64,000 nucleotides of DNA from Thecamonas trahens ATCC 50062 (GCF_000142905.1 NW_013657642.1:290551-354550); one strand, 5' to 3'; positions 12,001-22,806 are shown, counted from the first letter of the stretch. The notes: a model not told the origin generated them from the letters alone. A program made the numbers and translations.

Positions 12001-12312
12001 GGGCGGACGAGAAGTAGCGGCGGAGGGCGGGCGCATCATGGGCGGGCGAGTTCGCGTCTGAGAAGAGGCAGGCAGCTCACCACCAACGATTGAATGGCCT
12101 TCCATACCCGGTTGGACACGACGAGTGGCAGACGGTGGCGGTGGTTGGCGAGAGCCAGTTTGTCCACCACGACCACCACGACCACCACGACCACCACGAC
12201 CACCACGACCACCACGACCGACACCACGACCAAGACCACCACGACCAGTGCCACGTCCTCGAGCAGGTCTCGGACCGACCACGTCCGCCTTGGGTAGCAC
12301 CAGCTGAACCAC
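9058..12312 (-). CDS. SEC24: COPII coat subunit Sec24 (Sec24C/D-like) with RGG/Pro-rich N-terminus
   Basis: SPRYMRSSMY, zinc finger PIRCSQCGAYINP...CNFC, RPELRLGSVDY, trunk domain, LLYTASDGTRLLRVHT, LILPDSLQLLP, C-terminal SYVDYVRIIH. Confidence 0.93.
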   Translation of the reverse strand: MVQLVLPKADVVGPRPARGRGTGRGGLGRGVGRGGRGGRGGRGGRGGRGGQTGSRQPPPPSATRRVQPGMEGHSIVGGELPASSQTRTRPPMMRPPSAATSRPPSAATSRPPSAATSRPPSATTSRPPSAATASRPPTSRPPTSRPPTSHPPTSRPPTSRPPTSRPPTSHPPTSRPPTSHPPTSRPPTSHPPTSRPPTSHPPTSRPPTSHPPTSRPPTSHPPTVGPPSTHVAPTTHGIPSSSSPDGPSASASGPRELTKAEEEMLQEKFGEKRVAPSAKAGLPAPVTDAENLRQDVVYTTGRGLPPPRAVTRHTVIDGGSASPRYMRSSMYTLPSEKKLAELIGVPLGVVVSPLAVADDTGPLPRVDTRQIGGPIRCSQCGAYINPGVLWLDGGRSFGCNFCSASTAIPREYFANLDSAGLRSDLADRPELRLGSVDYIPTEEYELRPARSPHLVLCIEASSVAAAFGLVTTVCSALRQLLDRVAASPPGALDIAHSRIAVIAVAGSRVLYFQLRNAAGEPSMSVKALSVVAAKADDVFAPLPTVAAFASLADDADALATLADELPDLFATAVGSLVDPHVSPKLDLAVALQAAQCLLIPRGGRVALFLTSRPRCGPASLDDRDPMARPAVSDAAIAARLAPSSEWYANKASELVRQHISVDLFLLPRGYLDVTTLSQLAALTGGDLHVFEHHHPRFDAERVAREITASLAVPFGYEGALRLRASEGLKIDSYMGHVLPQNPPPQVILAGIRAHVALSVNLSYAADELPPADPAWLQASLLYTASDGTRLLRVHTLRLETSADPADVYRGIDVETLVALLVRYAAAGLVKGKSELTALRQRLTARTIDILAGYRLLLARRVPPAKLILPDSLQLLPSYILMALKLPALTKEPIRSDARATSCAFVVSSSVLALIRKLYPRLLRLDKIERGADGTPRALHLSREVLSKRGVYAFVSDTLLWLWVGASAYRHVLVDLFGVGTLASIQPMSWLASRDSDLSREACAVLTNLRAELEAELGRSPQFRVIRARDGMETRLLNMCTEDMLVGGGVSPSSQSISYVDYVRIIHSGIQKRIKAENEKQQKGK
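11651..11910. repeat. 15-bp coding minisatellite (~17 units) encoding PPTS(R/H) in the Sec24 N-terminus
   Basis: Tandem gatgtaggcgggYgc units; followed by 21-bp RPPSAATS-type units up to ~12030. Confidence 0.95.
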
Positions 12313-12772
12313 TGGGTGGGTGCTGGCTGCTCATTCCTCAGCTACTTCAACAATAGTAATGGTTGACAAGTGGTGTCGTGTGTCTGGTGGGTGAGGTGGT
12401 GGTGGGCGGTGGGCGTGGGCCTGGGTGGTGGTCGTCCTCGTGTCGTTTGGTGAGTGCCGAGCGGGTGGCGGCCGGGTGGCAGCGGGCGGCCGACGGGCGG
12501 TGGTTGGCCAGTCTTCACTCAAGGTGGCGGCGGTTTTTGCCAGGTGGCAGCCAACGACGGACGAAAAGTGGTTCGTCGACAAAGACGCGATGGGAGGTAG
12601 AAGTTGGACGGCTATTCTTGCAGTCGAAAGACATGAGTTGTAAAGCAAAGGATGCAGGGCGAGGATACGAGGTGGCCAGTCGTCACATCGGCGAGTGATC
12701 GGCTTGGTGATGCGATGGGGGGCTTTATCAAGAAAGAAAGTAGCATGGATGAAGGAAGAAAGTTAGATGGGA

Positions 12773-14380
12773 TTAGACGCGGCGCTCAAAAAGAACGGTG
12801 AGCTTGGCGAGTATCTCATCGGCCTGGGCAACGGTCTCAGCCTCGTAGTGGTTGGACGACTTGTCGATGAAAGAGATGACAAACTCGAGCTCGTTAAGAC
12901 GCTCGATCTGAAGAACCTCGGACCACTCGCGGTACGGTCGCTTGACCTCGCCAGACTTGAAGAGCTTGCCAAACTTGGAAGACTTCTTGCCGGCGGCCTG
13001 CTGGATGGTCTTGTTGTGGAGGCGGTCGCCATCGATGCCGAGGACCCGCTGCTGGCGGCGCCCGGCCTTGTTGATCTTGACGAGCGCGTACTCCTTGTAC
13101 ATGATGGCGGTAAACTCGGAGAACTGAAATTGGAGCGGCGATGGCGAGGTGAGTGTTGACGACCGTGACCGCTGCCCGTCCGACGATGGAGGCGCAAGTG
13201 TGTTGTCGTTGGTGGAAGCGGCGACCGAGCCCGACCGCGAGCCGATGGTTCCGCGCCGGCGGGCGAGTCCGCCGCTCTTAAGGAACAGTTCCGAGAGCTT
13301 GGGAATCATGCCGAGCGGCGTCCGCTTGTCCACCTCGGGCCCGTCCTCTGTTCGGTGCACAGTGCAGTCTTCCAGGTGGGTCGTCCGCTTGTTGGACGCA
13401 ATCTTGAGTAGCTGCTGGATAGAAATGGCGGCGTCGAACATGAGCACCGACGCTGCGCCGTTGGGAAAGTGGATGCGGATTCGCACGTTCTTGCCAGCAA
13501 ACGCCGCCGTGTCCATGTCTGGCGCCGCAGGATCCGAGCCGTGCACAGAGTGAACTGTGAGCGCCCGGCGGCCCGCAGTCACCCGCCGCTTGGTCGTCCG
13601 CCCGGCGCCGAGCCGCGTCGTCCTGGCGTCCTCCAGCCGCTTCGACGACTCGGCTGCAATGTCGGCCTCGGCGTTCGGGTTGTCGCACAGCACAAACTCG
13701 GTGGTTCCCATGACCGATAGCAGCTGCGCGCGGTCGAGCGCCGGAAAGTCCAACTCGGGGAGGCCCGTCTCGTCTTCGGCCAGCCGCATGACGTACCCGA
13801 GCGGTGAGGTGTGCACCAGCGCCGGGGCGTGGCCCGCCCGCGAGTACAGCTCCACGGCCCGCGCGGCAAGCTTGGCCATCGTCGACATCGACGGGAGCTT
13901 GAAAACCAGCGGCGGAGTCGACGGCTTACGCGCCCCGCCCACCACAACCCACACCCGCACCTCGATCAGGTCACCGTCGACAGACCTAGCAAGCGCCGAT
14001 TGCATCGGCAGCGCCTTGGTCCGCTGACTACGCGGCGGGAGGGCTTTCTTCGTTAGTGGAGCATCAGAGAGGCCCGAGTGGGTATCAGGAGAGCCGCTTG
14101 CAGGCGAGGATGACGAAGTAAACGAGACAATGGTCGTTGTCCGCTTTGGGTTCTTCCTCCTCTTGTTGGCGGCCTTGATCTTTTCGGTCCTCGACACCGA
14201 CGCAGGTTCGAGAACAGGCTCAAAGTACGATTGGTCAGCAGGCAGAGTATGGCCGTAGGCAAGAGTGTTTGTCGCCGAAGTAGGCGAACCCGAGTGCAGG
14301 TTCCTCGAGACCGAGTCCCCACACTTTGCAGAGTGATTGATAGCGTAGAGCACATGCCCCACAAACAGGTCCACGTTCAT
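12773..14380 (-). CDS. SIN1: TORC2 subunit SIN1/Avo1 (CRIM, RBD, PH domains); start codon uncertain
   Basis: CRIM-like LAEDETGLPELDFPALDR, ubiquitin-like RBD (VRIRIHFPNG), SIN1-type PH (YKEYALVKINKAGRRQQRVLGIDGDRLHN). The upstream part of the 666-aa ORF is microsatellite sequence. Confidence 0.8.
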   Translation of the reverse strand: MNVDLFVGHVLYAINHSAKCGDSVSRNLHSGSPTSATNTLAYGHTLPADQSYFEPVLEPASVSRTEKIKAANKRRKNPKRTTTIVSFTSSSSPASGSPDTHSGLSDAPLTKKALPPRSQRTKALPMQSALARSVDGDLIEVRVWVVVGGARKPSTPPLVFKLPSMSTMAKLAARAVELYSRAGHAPALVHTSPLGYVMRLAEDETGLPELDFPALDRAQLLSVMGTTEFVLCDNPNAEADIAAESSKRLEDARTTRLGAGRTTKRRVTAGRRALTVHSVHGSDPAAPDMDTAAFAGKNVRIRIHFPNGAASVLMFDAAISIQQLLKIASNKRTTHLEDCTVHRTEDGPEVDKRTPLGMIPKLSELFLKSGGLARRRGTIGSRSGSVAASTNDNTLAPPSSDGQRSRSSTLTSPSPLQFQFSEFTAIMYKEYALVKINKAGRRQQRVLGIDGDRLHNKTIQQAAGKKSSKFGKLFKSGEVKRPYREWSEVLQIERLNELEFVISFIDKSSNHYEAETVAQADEILAKLTVLFERRV

Positions 14381-15505
14381 GATGAATGCGATGTTTGTCG
14401 ATGACGATTCAGGTGATGATAAAGATGGCGATGTCGATGCAGTTGACGATGCAATTGACGACGATGTTGATGTTGTCGATGACAATAACGTTTGATGTTG
14501 ACGTTGACGTTGACGTTGACGTTGACGTTGAAGTTGACGGTGATATGAGGTTGGCGATGATGAGGTTGACGATGATATGAGGTTGGCGATGATGAGCTTG
14601 ACGATAAAGTCCTCCTCCTCGTTGATCACACACACACACACACACACACACGCCCTCTTCCCCCCTCCTCCTTTCACGCCCTGACACTGGCACACAACAA
14701 GCTCTCGTTGGTCGCAATGGTTGGCTCTTGGGTCTCTCCCCTCTTGCCTCGGCCAGAAACACAGTTCCACCAAAGACTTCCAAGGACAAGGTCAACAACT
14801 CCAGTCACAAAGGTTATGCGAAGAGGTAGGGCCCCAAAGCCGTGGGTATGTGGACAAGTGTTGCCGTCTGACCTTCTTGCTCTCCCTCAACCAGTCGCCT
14901 GAAAAGGCCATGGTTGTCAGGGCGAACGGCTGCACCGCCTGCACCCCCCCCCTATCGCCACACACATATGGAGGGGTACAGGCTTGAGAGATAAGGGGAG
15001 TACGTGATGGATGTAGTTGAGGTTGGATGGGGGATTGTGTTTGATGATGGCTCAGATGGCTCAGCAATCGAAGAAATGGATACGAGGCGAGGTCACGTAT
15101 CATCGCCCTCAATCGGCTCTTGGTATTGCTGTGTTATCGTCAGTCTCTCGCACCGATGAACAGGTGCGCTGTTTCCAGCTCCAAGACGACTACGACGACG
15201 ATCACAGCCACTCAGCCACTCAAAGGCAAGCACAATATACACCAGACGCCAGAGACTAAAGTAGACAACTTACTTGATTTCCATGCATCTGATCAAACCT
15301 CTCAGCTGCTGATCATCCCTTCTCTGCGGCACACCGGTTATGCGCGGCGGAGGCGAAATGGCGAGTGTCCGATCCAAGGCGAACATGATGTCACACACCC
15401 GGAACACGGGGGGGGGAGGTAGGGGGGCAGGGAAGCGAGCGGCCAAGGGTATGCTATCTGGTCACCTCTCTCACTCAGTCTCTGTACTCTAACTCTCGAG
15501 TAACT

Positions 15506-18500
15506 ATGTCCTCACAAGAGTATGTGGACAATGTGTTGAAGCAGTTTGAAGGGCTCATTGTGCAGAGGAGGGCCATGCAAAGGAGGGCTGCCCTCCAGTT
15601 CACCAACGAGTCTGGAGAGAGGGAGACCAGCTCAGTTGGAGGCACAGCTCCTAGCACGCCACCATCATCATCATCATCACCATCGACAGCAGCAACAGCA
15701 GCAGCAGTAGCAAAAACAACAGCAGCAGCTCCAACAACAACAAGTCCTGAAGGTGGTCCAGGTGGATCTGGTTCAAGTACTCCAGTTTCTTCGGCTGAGA
15801 AGCGCAAGGTGGGCCTCTCGGCTGCGTCGGGCTCGCCAACTGGTGCTGGTCTCGATGATGGGCACGGGGGTGGTGAGGTGGTGAAAAAGTCGGAGGCGGA
15901 GGCTGCGGCAGATGTGCGCAAGTCGCTGCGGACTATTTCGCGCGGTATTGCCCTCTTTGCGGCTGGTCATGTCGAGGCCATCGCCACGTTCCTGATGGGA
16001 GTGGCGGCCAAGTACCCGTCCGAGGTCTCGGACAACGTGTCGATGCCGACCAAGGAAGATCGGCCAGATGACATTGACGACCGGTCCGACGACGATTCGG
16101 TCGAGTATGCGGTCCTTCGGTCGCTTGTGGGCGTGGTTCGCCGAGTTAACGCCGCGGGCGAGGCGGCGTCGGCGGCGATTCCAGACGCGCTCTTCAACTT
16201 TGCCTTCAAGTACTTGTTCTTTGCGTACACGCCCGCCATTCAGCATCAGGCGCGACTTGCGTTACAGGCGCTCTCCAAGTACCGGCTCAACGACGTGGTG
16301 GCGCTCTTTCTCAGCAAGATGGGCGAGGTGAAGAAAGATGCGGCCGAGCGCGAGTTTGTGCCCTACATGCGCTCGCTCGGCTTGCTCCACTTTGCGCTCA
16401 CCTCGCAGGCGTCGATCGGCTCGTCAGTCCACTTTCTGGGCGTGCTCGCGCCGTTCCTCAAGGCACGCAAGCGGGGTGTGCTCAAGAAGGAGACATGCCA
16501 CACGCTGCAGTCGATTGTGCGGGCGGCTCTCGCGCGGCCAGACGCTCCAGGCGCGCTGCTGTCGACGACTGAGGCGTCGGTGGCGACGCTCTCGTTTGTG
16601 GAAAACTTTGGCGGCAAGATCCGGTTCACTAGCGAGGGCCTTGCGACGCGGGCGGCGTTCCTTGGCTCGGCCGAGACGGCCAAGCCATTCTGGACCTGCT
16701 ACGAGGCCATCATCGAGGTTGTGCTCAAGTGGCTCAAGACCAAGAAGCACATCAGTTTTGTTCTCCCGCTCCTCACCACCCTCGTCAACTTTGCGTCGCC
16801 GGCGCTCTGGCTGGCATACTCGGGCGCGCTGGTCAAGGCGCTGGTGGCCCACGCCAAGGACAAGTCGCTCCGCCCGCTTGTCCTTGAGCTGGCATGCCTG
16901 TTTGTGGAAGAGCGGAGGCCGGAACTGTCGGATGAGCCGCTGCGCAACGAGTTTGCCAACCACGTCCACACCCTCGCTGCGGCGCTCTTTGCCAAAAAGG
17001 CGTCGGTCAAGGGTACCGAGGGCCTGCTGGAGCGGTTCCTGGTCGGCGTCGGTGCGGTGTCGATCAAGCTCGGGCTCGCGCTGGTCATCTCGATGTGCTC
17101 GGCGCCGTCGACGTCGGCCAACTACTCGAACGACCAAAAGGCGGTGGCCATGTCGTCGCTCCACCTTTTGGCCAAGGAGCACGGGCCTGAGGCTGCGCAC
17201 GCGGTTTCGCTCGCGTCGCCATCGCTCATCGGGTTTTGCGACACGGTCCTCTCGGCGTCCAACATCGAGGCCAAGGACTACCCGCTGCTTGCGGCGGTCA
17301 TCGGGGCCATGCCTGCGGTGTCCGAGTCGGATCCGCTCCGGCAGCGCGACCTTGTGCGGCGGATTGCGTACCTGACGACTCACCCGAATCGGCAAGTTTC
17401 CGCGGCGGCGGTGCTCTCTGTCCAGGCGCACATGCTGCTCTCGCCGGGCGACTTTGCGTTTGTCATCCTCTCGGCGCTTACCATCATCCTCACCGATTTT
17501 GACAAGCTTGTCGAGGAGTCGCTCCTTCGCGCCTTCCAGAACCTCAACCTCCTTCTTGACACGCTCTCGGAGATTCTCGAAGCCAAGGGCACTGCGGTGC
17601 TTGCGCAGGCGCTGAGCTCGACGGACGTGGCCAAGCTGCGGTCGTCGATGGAGGGTGTGGTCCTCATTTGGTTCACCCACCACGAGCACTGGGTCCGGTC
17701 CGAGGTGGCGCGACTGCTGGTGACGCTCTCGCGGCCGGCGTTCCGCGAACTGGAGGCCGCGCTTGACCTCTCCGAGCACGCATGGCTTGTCGACACGCTG
17801 GAGATCCCGCCGTTGGAGGTTGCTGCCGACCAGGCGCCGTGGGTGACCGCTCTCCGTGACTTGCTCGCACACGCGTGGTTTGCGCACGCCGATGCCATCG
17901 CATTCGGCTGGTCCAAGCTTGTGGCGCTTTCGTGGGACCTTGCGCCAGACGCGGTGCTGGTTAAGCAGCCCAGGGTTCTGCAGGCGGCGCTTCCGATGTG
18001 GTCGTCGCATGTGCGCTGGCTCTGCGCTGGGGTGCGCTCTGCAGCCGGGGCCGACGCGCTTCGCAATGCGCCGTCGCTGCAGCACTCCCACTCGTCGTCG
18101 TCGCTGTCTGCAGCCATGGCTGCGGCACGGTCCGAAGGTGCAGCAGGAGGCGAAGGCGGCATGCACGGCTTTGACATTCTCTCGCCGGTCCTCATCTCCG
18201 AGTTTCTTACTATTGTGGCGGAGCGTGTGTTCTCGCCCGTCGACGCGGTCGTCGACATTCTCCTCGATGCTGCCGAACACCTGCATATTTCGACGCACGG
18301 CGAGCTGCTGAGCCGGATGGAGACCCATCTGAAGGCGAGTCTGGTCAAAGACAAGGCGCGGGCCAAGGCGTTGCGGCTTGGCACGCCGGACGCCGAAGTT
18401 CCTGTTCTTGGTGCGGACGAGCGGTCGCTGAGGCTCATAGCGGCGCTCTCACGGGCGCTTGTGAAGCGGCCGGAGCTGTACCTCTCGTCGCCGCTCTCGC

Positions 18501-21500
18501 TTGCGGTGAGCTCGTTTGTTTCAGGCTGGTTTGCCAACGCGCACCAGTGGACGGCGGAGAGCACGCCGATCAGCCTGCGGATCCAGGTGGCGGCGGTCCT
18601 CTCTCGGCACCTGCAGTTTGCGCTTGTCGACACCGAGCCGCGGGTGGTGTTCAACTTTCTGCGGGCGCTGCTGACGCCGCTCGGCTCGGCGCGGGCGCAG
18701 GAAGTGGCGTCGAACGTAGAGCTCGAGAGTCATGTGATGGCGGGGATGAGCGCGCTGGTCATGTCTGCGCGCGATGGGCTGGAGCCGTCACTGGAGCAGG
18801 AGGTACTTGCTGAGCTTTCGCTGGCGGGCATGCGAGGCGAGCACGTGCACGGCTACGCGGTGGGCGCGCTCGCAGAGCTGCTGGTCAACAACGCCGAGCT
18901 GCTTGGCTACTACGTGCTCAACTGCTACGAGACGCGCGAGGTGCCCATGGACGGTCCAGATGGGAAGGAACTCTTCCTAGCGTTTCCGGAGAACAAGGAT
19001 CTGTTCCTACAGGTTGTGACAGCAGAGATCATTGACCGTGACCGGCTCGACGTCCACCTCAACAACCGGTCGCCGCTCGGGCGGTTCGTCTACCTCGCCT
19101 TTGTGGCGCTGTGCTCGGGTTCGGAGCGGGCCCGTGTGCTCGGGCTCAAGCTTGCGTCTGGCCTCGCGCGGTCGCCGGTGGCGCAGCTGGAGGTCGGCAC
19201 ACACCTGCCTGTCATTTCCAACTCGAACGCGTCGACGTACATCGGGGTGGCGGTGGCGTACTCTAAGGCGCTTGCGGAGCGATACCCGTGGCTCACGCTC
19301 GAGCTTTTTGGCCAAGCGGTGCAGTATCTCAACTTGTGGACGTACGAGGAGCTGCTGAACGCGCTGCAGCTGCTCGCACCGTGGGCGCACCACCTCGGGA
19401 CCCTGGCGGCGACGTCGGACACCGAGGCGTGGAAGCCGGAGCCTGGCAGTGCGTGGACGCGACCGCCGGACGGGGCGGTAGTGGTGGCCCGGAACGCGGG
19501 CTCGATCTCCGACTCTGTGCAGATGCTGCTCTCGTCGATGTTTGAGCTGACCAAGGCTGCCGTCAAGGGCACGCCGCCGCTGCTTCCGGTCATCGAGCGG
19601 GTGTGGTCGCTTGCGCTCCGTGGGATGGAGCGGTGGGTGCTGGAGAATGTCATGGATGAGGTGGTGACGTTCTTGTTCTCGCGGTATGAGGCATCGCTGG
19701 AGGCGCGGCAGATGGAGCTGAAGGACGACCAACGGGTAGCGACGTACGTGACGGTGGTGCTCTCGCGAACACACGCGGTGGAAGCGCTCTCGCGGAGCTT
19801 GATGCGGTTCTTCTCACGGCACACGTTTGCCATCGAACTTGACGGCAACGCGTACGTGGCGCACGTCCAACCACTGCTGGAGGGAAGTGCTGTTGTTGGT
19901 GGCGGGGCAGCGCTCTCGCGGAAGCAGCAGTTTGCGCTCTTTGCGTTGCTGGAAGAGACCATCTTTGAGCAGGCGCTGCGGTTCCTGCCTCACCTGCCAC
20001 ACCTGCTCCAGCTTGCGTTGGTGGTGTACGGAACGGAGCGGCCCGAGTGCGAGGTGTTTGTTCGCAACGTGGTGCACTCGCTTGGCATCTGCCACGCAGT
20101 CTCCACGCTGCAGTTTGAGGCCGGCGCGACGCTGTTTGAGCAGATGCGCGGCGTGGCCGGACTGGGCGTGGCGCAGCTGTCGAACGGGACCGGGCGAGTC
20201 GACGAGTCGACGTCGAGCACGGTGCTTGAGCTTGTGCGGGTGCTCAACGGGCGCGACGCCAAGTTTCAGGATGCGTGGGCCGGAGTTGCCCTTCAGTGGG
20301 GGACACAGGAGGCCGACGAGAAGCTCGCGGTCGGATCGCTGGCGCTGTACTCGATCATTGTGCGGCATCTCGACGAGCGGGTGGTGGTCAATCTGGGGCT
20401 CAACTCGATGCTTGCGCTACGGTTTGGCCAGTTTGCGCGCGTCGACGCAGTGTGCCGGCTGCTGGCCAAGGTTGTGCGCGACGAAGGTGCGTCGGATGGA
20501 CTGGTCAATATGGCACTCGATGTGGCGGCCATTCTCGTCCGCTCACCGGTGGTGAGCAACTACGCGTCGGCGATGTTGATTCTGTCGACGGGCGTGGAGC
20601 TGTACGGCGCGGAGCGAGTCATTCCGCGGTTTGCGGCCATCTGGCACGATGCGGAGCTCGGAGACGACTCGACGCTTGCGCGCGCGCTGTTCCTGGGGCT
20701 GACGGCGGACACGACGGCAGTGGAGGCCTTTGCGTTCTTCGAGATTGTGGCCATCCAGCACGCCGGCACGCTGGTCAACGACAACTCGCTAGTGGTGACG
20801 GTCCTTGTGCTCCACGCCCTTGCGCTGCTGCTTGCGCGGCCAGAGGCCAGTGACGACGGCAGCAGCGAAGGCCTAGAGCGCAATGGCAGCTCGGGCTCTG
20901 TGAGCGGGGCGGGCGAGGGCGGCAAGGCGATGGCCGGGCCGGCGACGCGGTTTGTGAATTTCGTCGACGCGTTTGTGGAGGCGCAGGGCGAGGCACAGGC
21001 CGAGTCGCGCGGCGTCCTGCTGCAGATGAAGGCGCTTGTGTGCGAGGTGTGGCGAGAGGAGGCAGCGGCGGGCGGCGGCGGGAAGCACGTGCTCGCGCTA
21101 TCTGACGACGTGGAGGACGACGAGCAGCTGGTGGCGGCCGAGGTGCGGGAGGCGTTCCTACCGCGGTTCTGCGAGCTGATGGTGGGTCTGTGCCCGTCGC
21201 AGGCGTCGTACGAGTTTGTGGTGGACTTGCTTGTGCGGCTGCTAGAGGGCGGCGAGCGGTCGTGGGTGGCGCGCGAGTGCCACGTGCTTGTGGGTCTGCT
21301 GCAGGCGTACGAGCACTTTGAGCTGCTGGCGGACCACTTTGAGCGGATGGCGTCGTTTGCAGTTGACGCGCTCTTTACCATGTCGGCGAGCGTGGTGGGT
21401 GAGCTTGTCGAGTACGTGCACTCGCGGGCGCCGGACGAGGTGTCAAGCGATGTGTTCCACTTTGAGTACGTGGCCGAGATGCACTCGTACCAGGCGCTGC

Positions 21501-22768
21501 ACGGGAGCGGACGAAGCGGGTTGAAGTTCTTCAAGCCGATGGCGGCTACGCGTGAACGCAACGCGCTGGTTACGGCAGCGGTGACCAAGCTCGGCCAGCT
21601 GTTCCGAACCCAGACCGACGGTCTTGCCTTTGACCGCCGAGTCCGCGGCAAAGCGTCGTCGGCGCGGATCCTTCCGTCGCGCCCGCGCAAGTCGTCGGTC
21701 TGGCTTCCGGAAGACGCCAAGGGCGGACTGGAGAATGGGAGGGGCGCTGGCGCTAGTAGTGGCGGCATCGAGCTGGCAGTCAAGCCGGTCCTCTCGGCGC
21801 ACGGCGAGGCTGTGCTGAGTGGCCTCCTCGAGACTGACAGTGAGCAAGCCGGAAGCCTCGGCGAGGCTGCAGCGGAGGTGATCTCGAGCTCTGCCGAGCT
21901 GAGTTTGATAGCGCAGGCGTCAGGGGCCGAAGTTGTGGAGCTGGAGTTGGATGTGGCCGAGGTTGAGGCCGAGATCAAGACTGAGGTTGAGGCCGAAGTC
22001 GAGGCCGATGACGAAGCTGAAGTTGAGGCCGAGATTGAGGCCGAGGACAAAGCTGAGGTTGAGGCCGAGGTCGAGGCCGAGGTCGAGGCTGAAGTCGAGG
22101 CCGAGGTTGAGGCCGAGGTCGAGGCTGAGGTCGAGGCTGAAACCCAGGCTTTGGTGCTGAATCTTCCGACCGAGACGGGCACCGACGGTGGCGATCAGGG
22201 CCAGCTCAACACGTCATCGATCTCGCTGGCTGGTGCCAACCGCACGTTTGACACCGATTCCGAGTCGTCGTCGGGAGGCAGCGAGGACGGAGCTGATGTC
22301 GCAGACGGCGGAGCAAGTTGTGACGGCGGGCAGAGCTCGTCAGGCGGCGAGCTGGCAACGATGGTTGTGCCAAATGAGGCTGATGCCGAGGTCGACATCG
22401 ACGAGAATGATCTGCTGATCGAGTCGTTCCTGCGCGGTGAGTATGGGGTTGGAGAGGGCGAGCTTCTTGCTGAAGAGGCAGAAGCCGAAGCCGAGGCCGA
22501 GGTCGAGACCATGGTCGCGCAGCCGAAGCCACTGCCGCCCAACCCGACAGTCGCGGAGACGCCGTCGCCAGGGAAGAAGCGGCCGCGGCCGATGCCACGC
22601 CCGCCGGGAAGCAAGTTGCCCGAGGTGGCGCCGCCGCCGGCGCCGGCCACCCCCGGGGCGGTGTCAGCGAGCTCAGGCTCGGGCTCGGACTCTGGAAGTG
22701 GGAGTGGATCGAGCTCGGGTAGTGGCTCGGACTCGTCGTCAGGAAGCTCAGACTCGTCGTCGTCTTAG
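15506..22768 (+). CDS. Large HEAT/ARM alpha-solenoid protein, probably Furry/MOR2/Tao3-like, with an acidic (EVEA)n C-terminal region
   Basis: 2420-aa open frame rich in helical Leu/Ala. The segment REFVPYMRSLGLLHFAL...VHFLGVLAPFLKARKRGVLKKETCHTLQSIV resembles the MOR2-PAG1 N-terminal domain. Confidence 0.6.
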   Translation: MSSQEYVDNVLKQFEGLIVQRRAMQRRAALQFTNESGERETSSVGGTAPSTPPSSSSSPSTAATAAAVAKTTAAAPTTTSPEGGPGGSGSSTPVSSAEKRKVGLSAASGSPTGAGLDDGHGGGEVVKKSEAEAAADVRKSLRTISRGIALFAAGHVEAIATFLMGVAAKYPSEVSDNVSMPTKEDRPDDIDDRSDDDSVEYAVLRSLVGVVRRVNAAGEAASAAIPDALFNFAFKYLFFAYTPAIQHQARLALQALSKYRLNDVVALFLSKMGEVKKDAAEREFVPYMRSLGLLHFALTSQASIGSSVHFLGVLAPFLKARKRGVLKKETCHTLQSIVRAALARPDAPGALLSTTEASVATLSFVENFGGKIRFTSEGLATRAAFLGSAETAKPFWTCYEAIIEVVLKWLKTKKHISFVLPLLTTLVNFASPALWLAYSGALVKALVAHAKDKSLRPLVLELACLFVEERRPELSDEPLRNEFANHVHTLAAALFAKKASVKGTEGLLERFLVGVGAVSIKLGLALVISMCSAPSTSANYSNDQKAVAMSSLHLLAKEHGPEAAHAVSLASPSLIGFCDTVLSASNIEAKDYPLLAAVIGAMPAVSESDPLRQRDLVRRIAYLTTHPNRQVSAAAVLSVQAHMLLSPGDFAFVILSALTIILTDFDKLVEESLLRAFQNLNLLLDTLSEILEAKGTAVLAQALSSTDVAKLRSSMEGVVLIWFTHHEHWVRSEVARLLVTLSRPAFRELEAALDLSEHAWLVDTLEIPPLEVAADQAPWVTALRDLLAHAWFAHADAIAFGWSKLVALSWDLAPDAVLVKQPRVLQAALPMWSSHVRWLCAGVRSAAGADALRNAPSLQHSHSSSSLSAAMAAARSEGAAGGEGGMHGFDILSPVLISEFLTIVAERVFSPVDAVVDILLDAAEHLHISTHGELLSRMETHLKASLVKDKARAKALRLGTPDAEVPVLGADERSLRLIAALSRALVKRPELYLSSPLSLAVSSFVSGWFANAHQWTAESTPISLRIQVAAVLSRHLQFALVDTEPRVVFNFLRALLTPLGSARAQEVASNVELESHVMAGMSALVMSARDGLEPSLEQEVLAELSLAGMRGEHVHGYAVGALAELLVNNAELLGYYVLNCYETREVPMDGPDGKELFLAFPENKDLFLQVVTAEIIDRDRLDVHLNNRSPLGRFVYLAFVALCSGSERARVLGLKLASGLARSPVAQLEVGTHLPVISNSNASTYIGVAVAYSKALAERYPWLTLELFGQAVQYLNLWTYEELLNALQLLAPWAHHLGTLAATSDTEAWKPEPGSAWTRPPDGAVVVARNAGSISDSVQMLLSSMFELTKAAVKGTPPLLPVIERVWSLALRGMERWVLENVMDEVVTFLFSRYEASLEARQMELKDDQRVATYVTVVLSRTHAVEALSRSLMRFFSRHTFAIELDGNAYVAHVQPLLEGSAVVGGGAALSRKQQFALFALLEETIFEQALRFLPHLPHLLQLALVVYGTERPECEVFVRNVVHSLGICHAVSTLQFEAGATLFEQMRGVAGLGVAQLSNGTGRVDESTSSTVLELVRVLNGRDAKFQDAWAGVALQWGTQEADEKLAVGSLALYSIIVRHLDERVVVNLGLNSMLALRFGQFARVDAVCRLLAKVVRDEGASDGLVNMALDVAAILVRSPVVSNYASAMLILSTGVELYGAERVIPRFAAIWHDAELGDDSTLARALFLGLTADTTAVEAFAFFEIVAIQHAGTLVNDNSLVVTVLVLHALALLLARPEASDDGSSEGLERNGSSGSVSGAGEGGKAMAGPATRFVNFVDAFVEAQGEAQAESRGVLLQMKALVCEVWREEAAAGGGGKHVLALSDDVEDDEQLVAAEVREAFLPRFCELMVGLCPSQASYEFVVDLLVRLLEGGERSWVARECHVLVGLLQAYEHFELLADHFERMASFAVDALFTMSASVVGELVEYVHSRAPDEVSSDVFHFEYVAEMHSYQALHGSGRSGLKFFKPMAATRERNALVTAAVTKLGQLFRTQTDGLAFDRRVRGKASSARILPSRPRKSSVWLPEDAKGGLENGRGAGASSGGIELAVKPVLSAHGEAVLSGLLETDSEQAGSLGEAAAEVISSSAELSLIAQASGAEVVELELDVAEVEAEIKTEVEAEVEADDEAEVEAEIEAEDKAEVEAEVEAEVEAEVEAEVEAEVEAEVEAETQALVLNLPTETGTDGGDQGQLNTSSISLAGANRTFDTDSESSSGGSEDGADVADGGASCDGGQSSSGGELATMVVPNEADAEVDIDENDLLIESFLRGEYGVGEGELLAEEAEAEAEAEVETMVAQPKPLPPNPTVAETPSPGKKRPRPMPRPPGSKLPEVAPPPAPATPGAVSASSGSGSDSGSGSGSSSGSGSDSSSGSSDSSSS

Positions 22769-22806
22769 CTTTGTCTGTGCAGGGCGTGGTGTCGGTTCAT
22801 TCTGGC

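Noticed and set aside
14381-14773. N-terminal extension of the SIN1 ORF
   Set aside because: Composed of (CA)n and (gttgac)n microsatellites; more likely UTR or intron.
16424-22182. Several 290-634 aa minus-strand ORFs
   Set aside because: Typical antisense ORFs of high-GC coding DNA, with no recognisable motifs.
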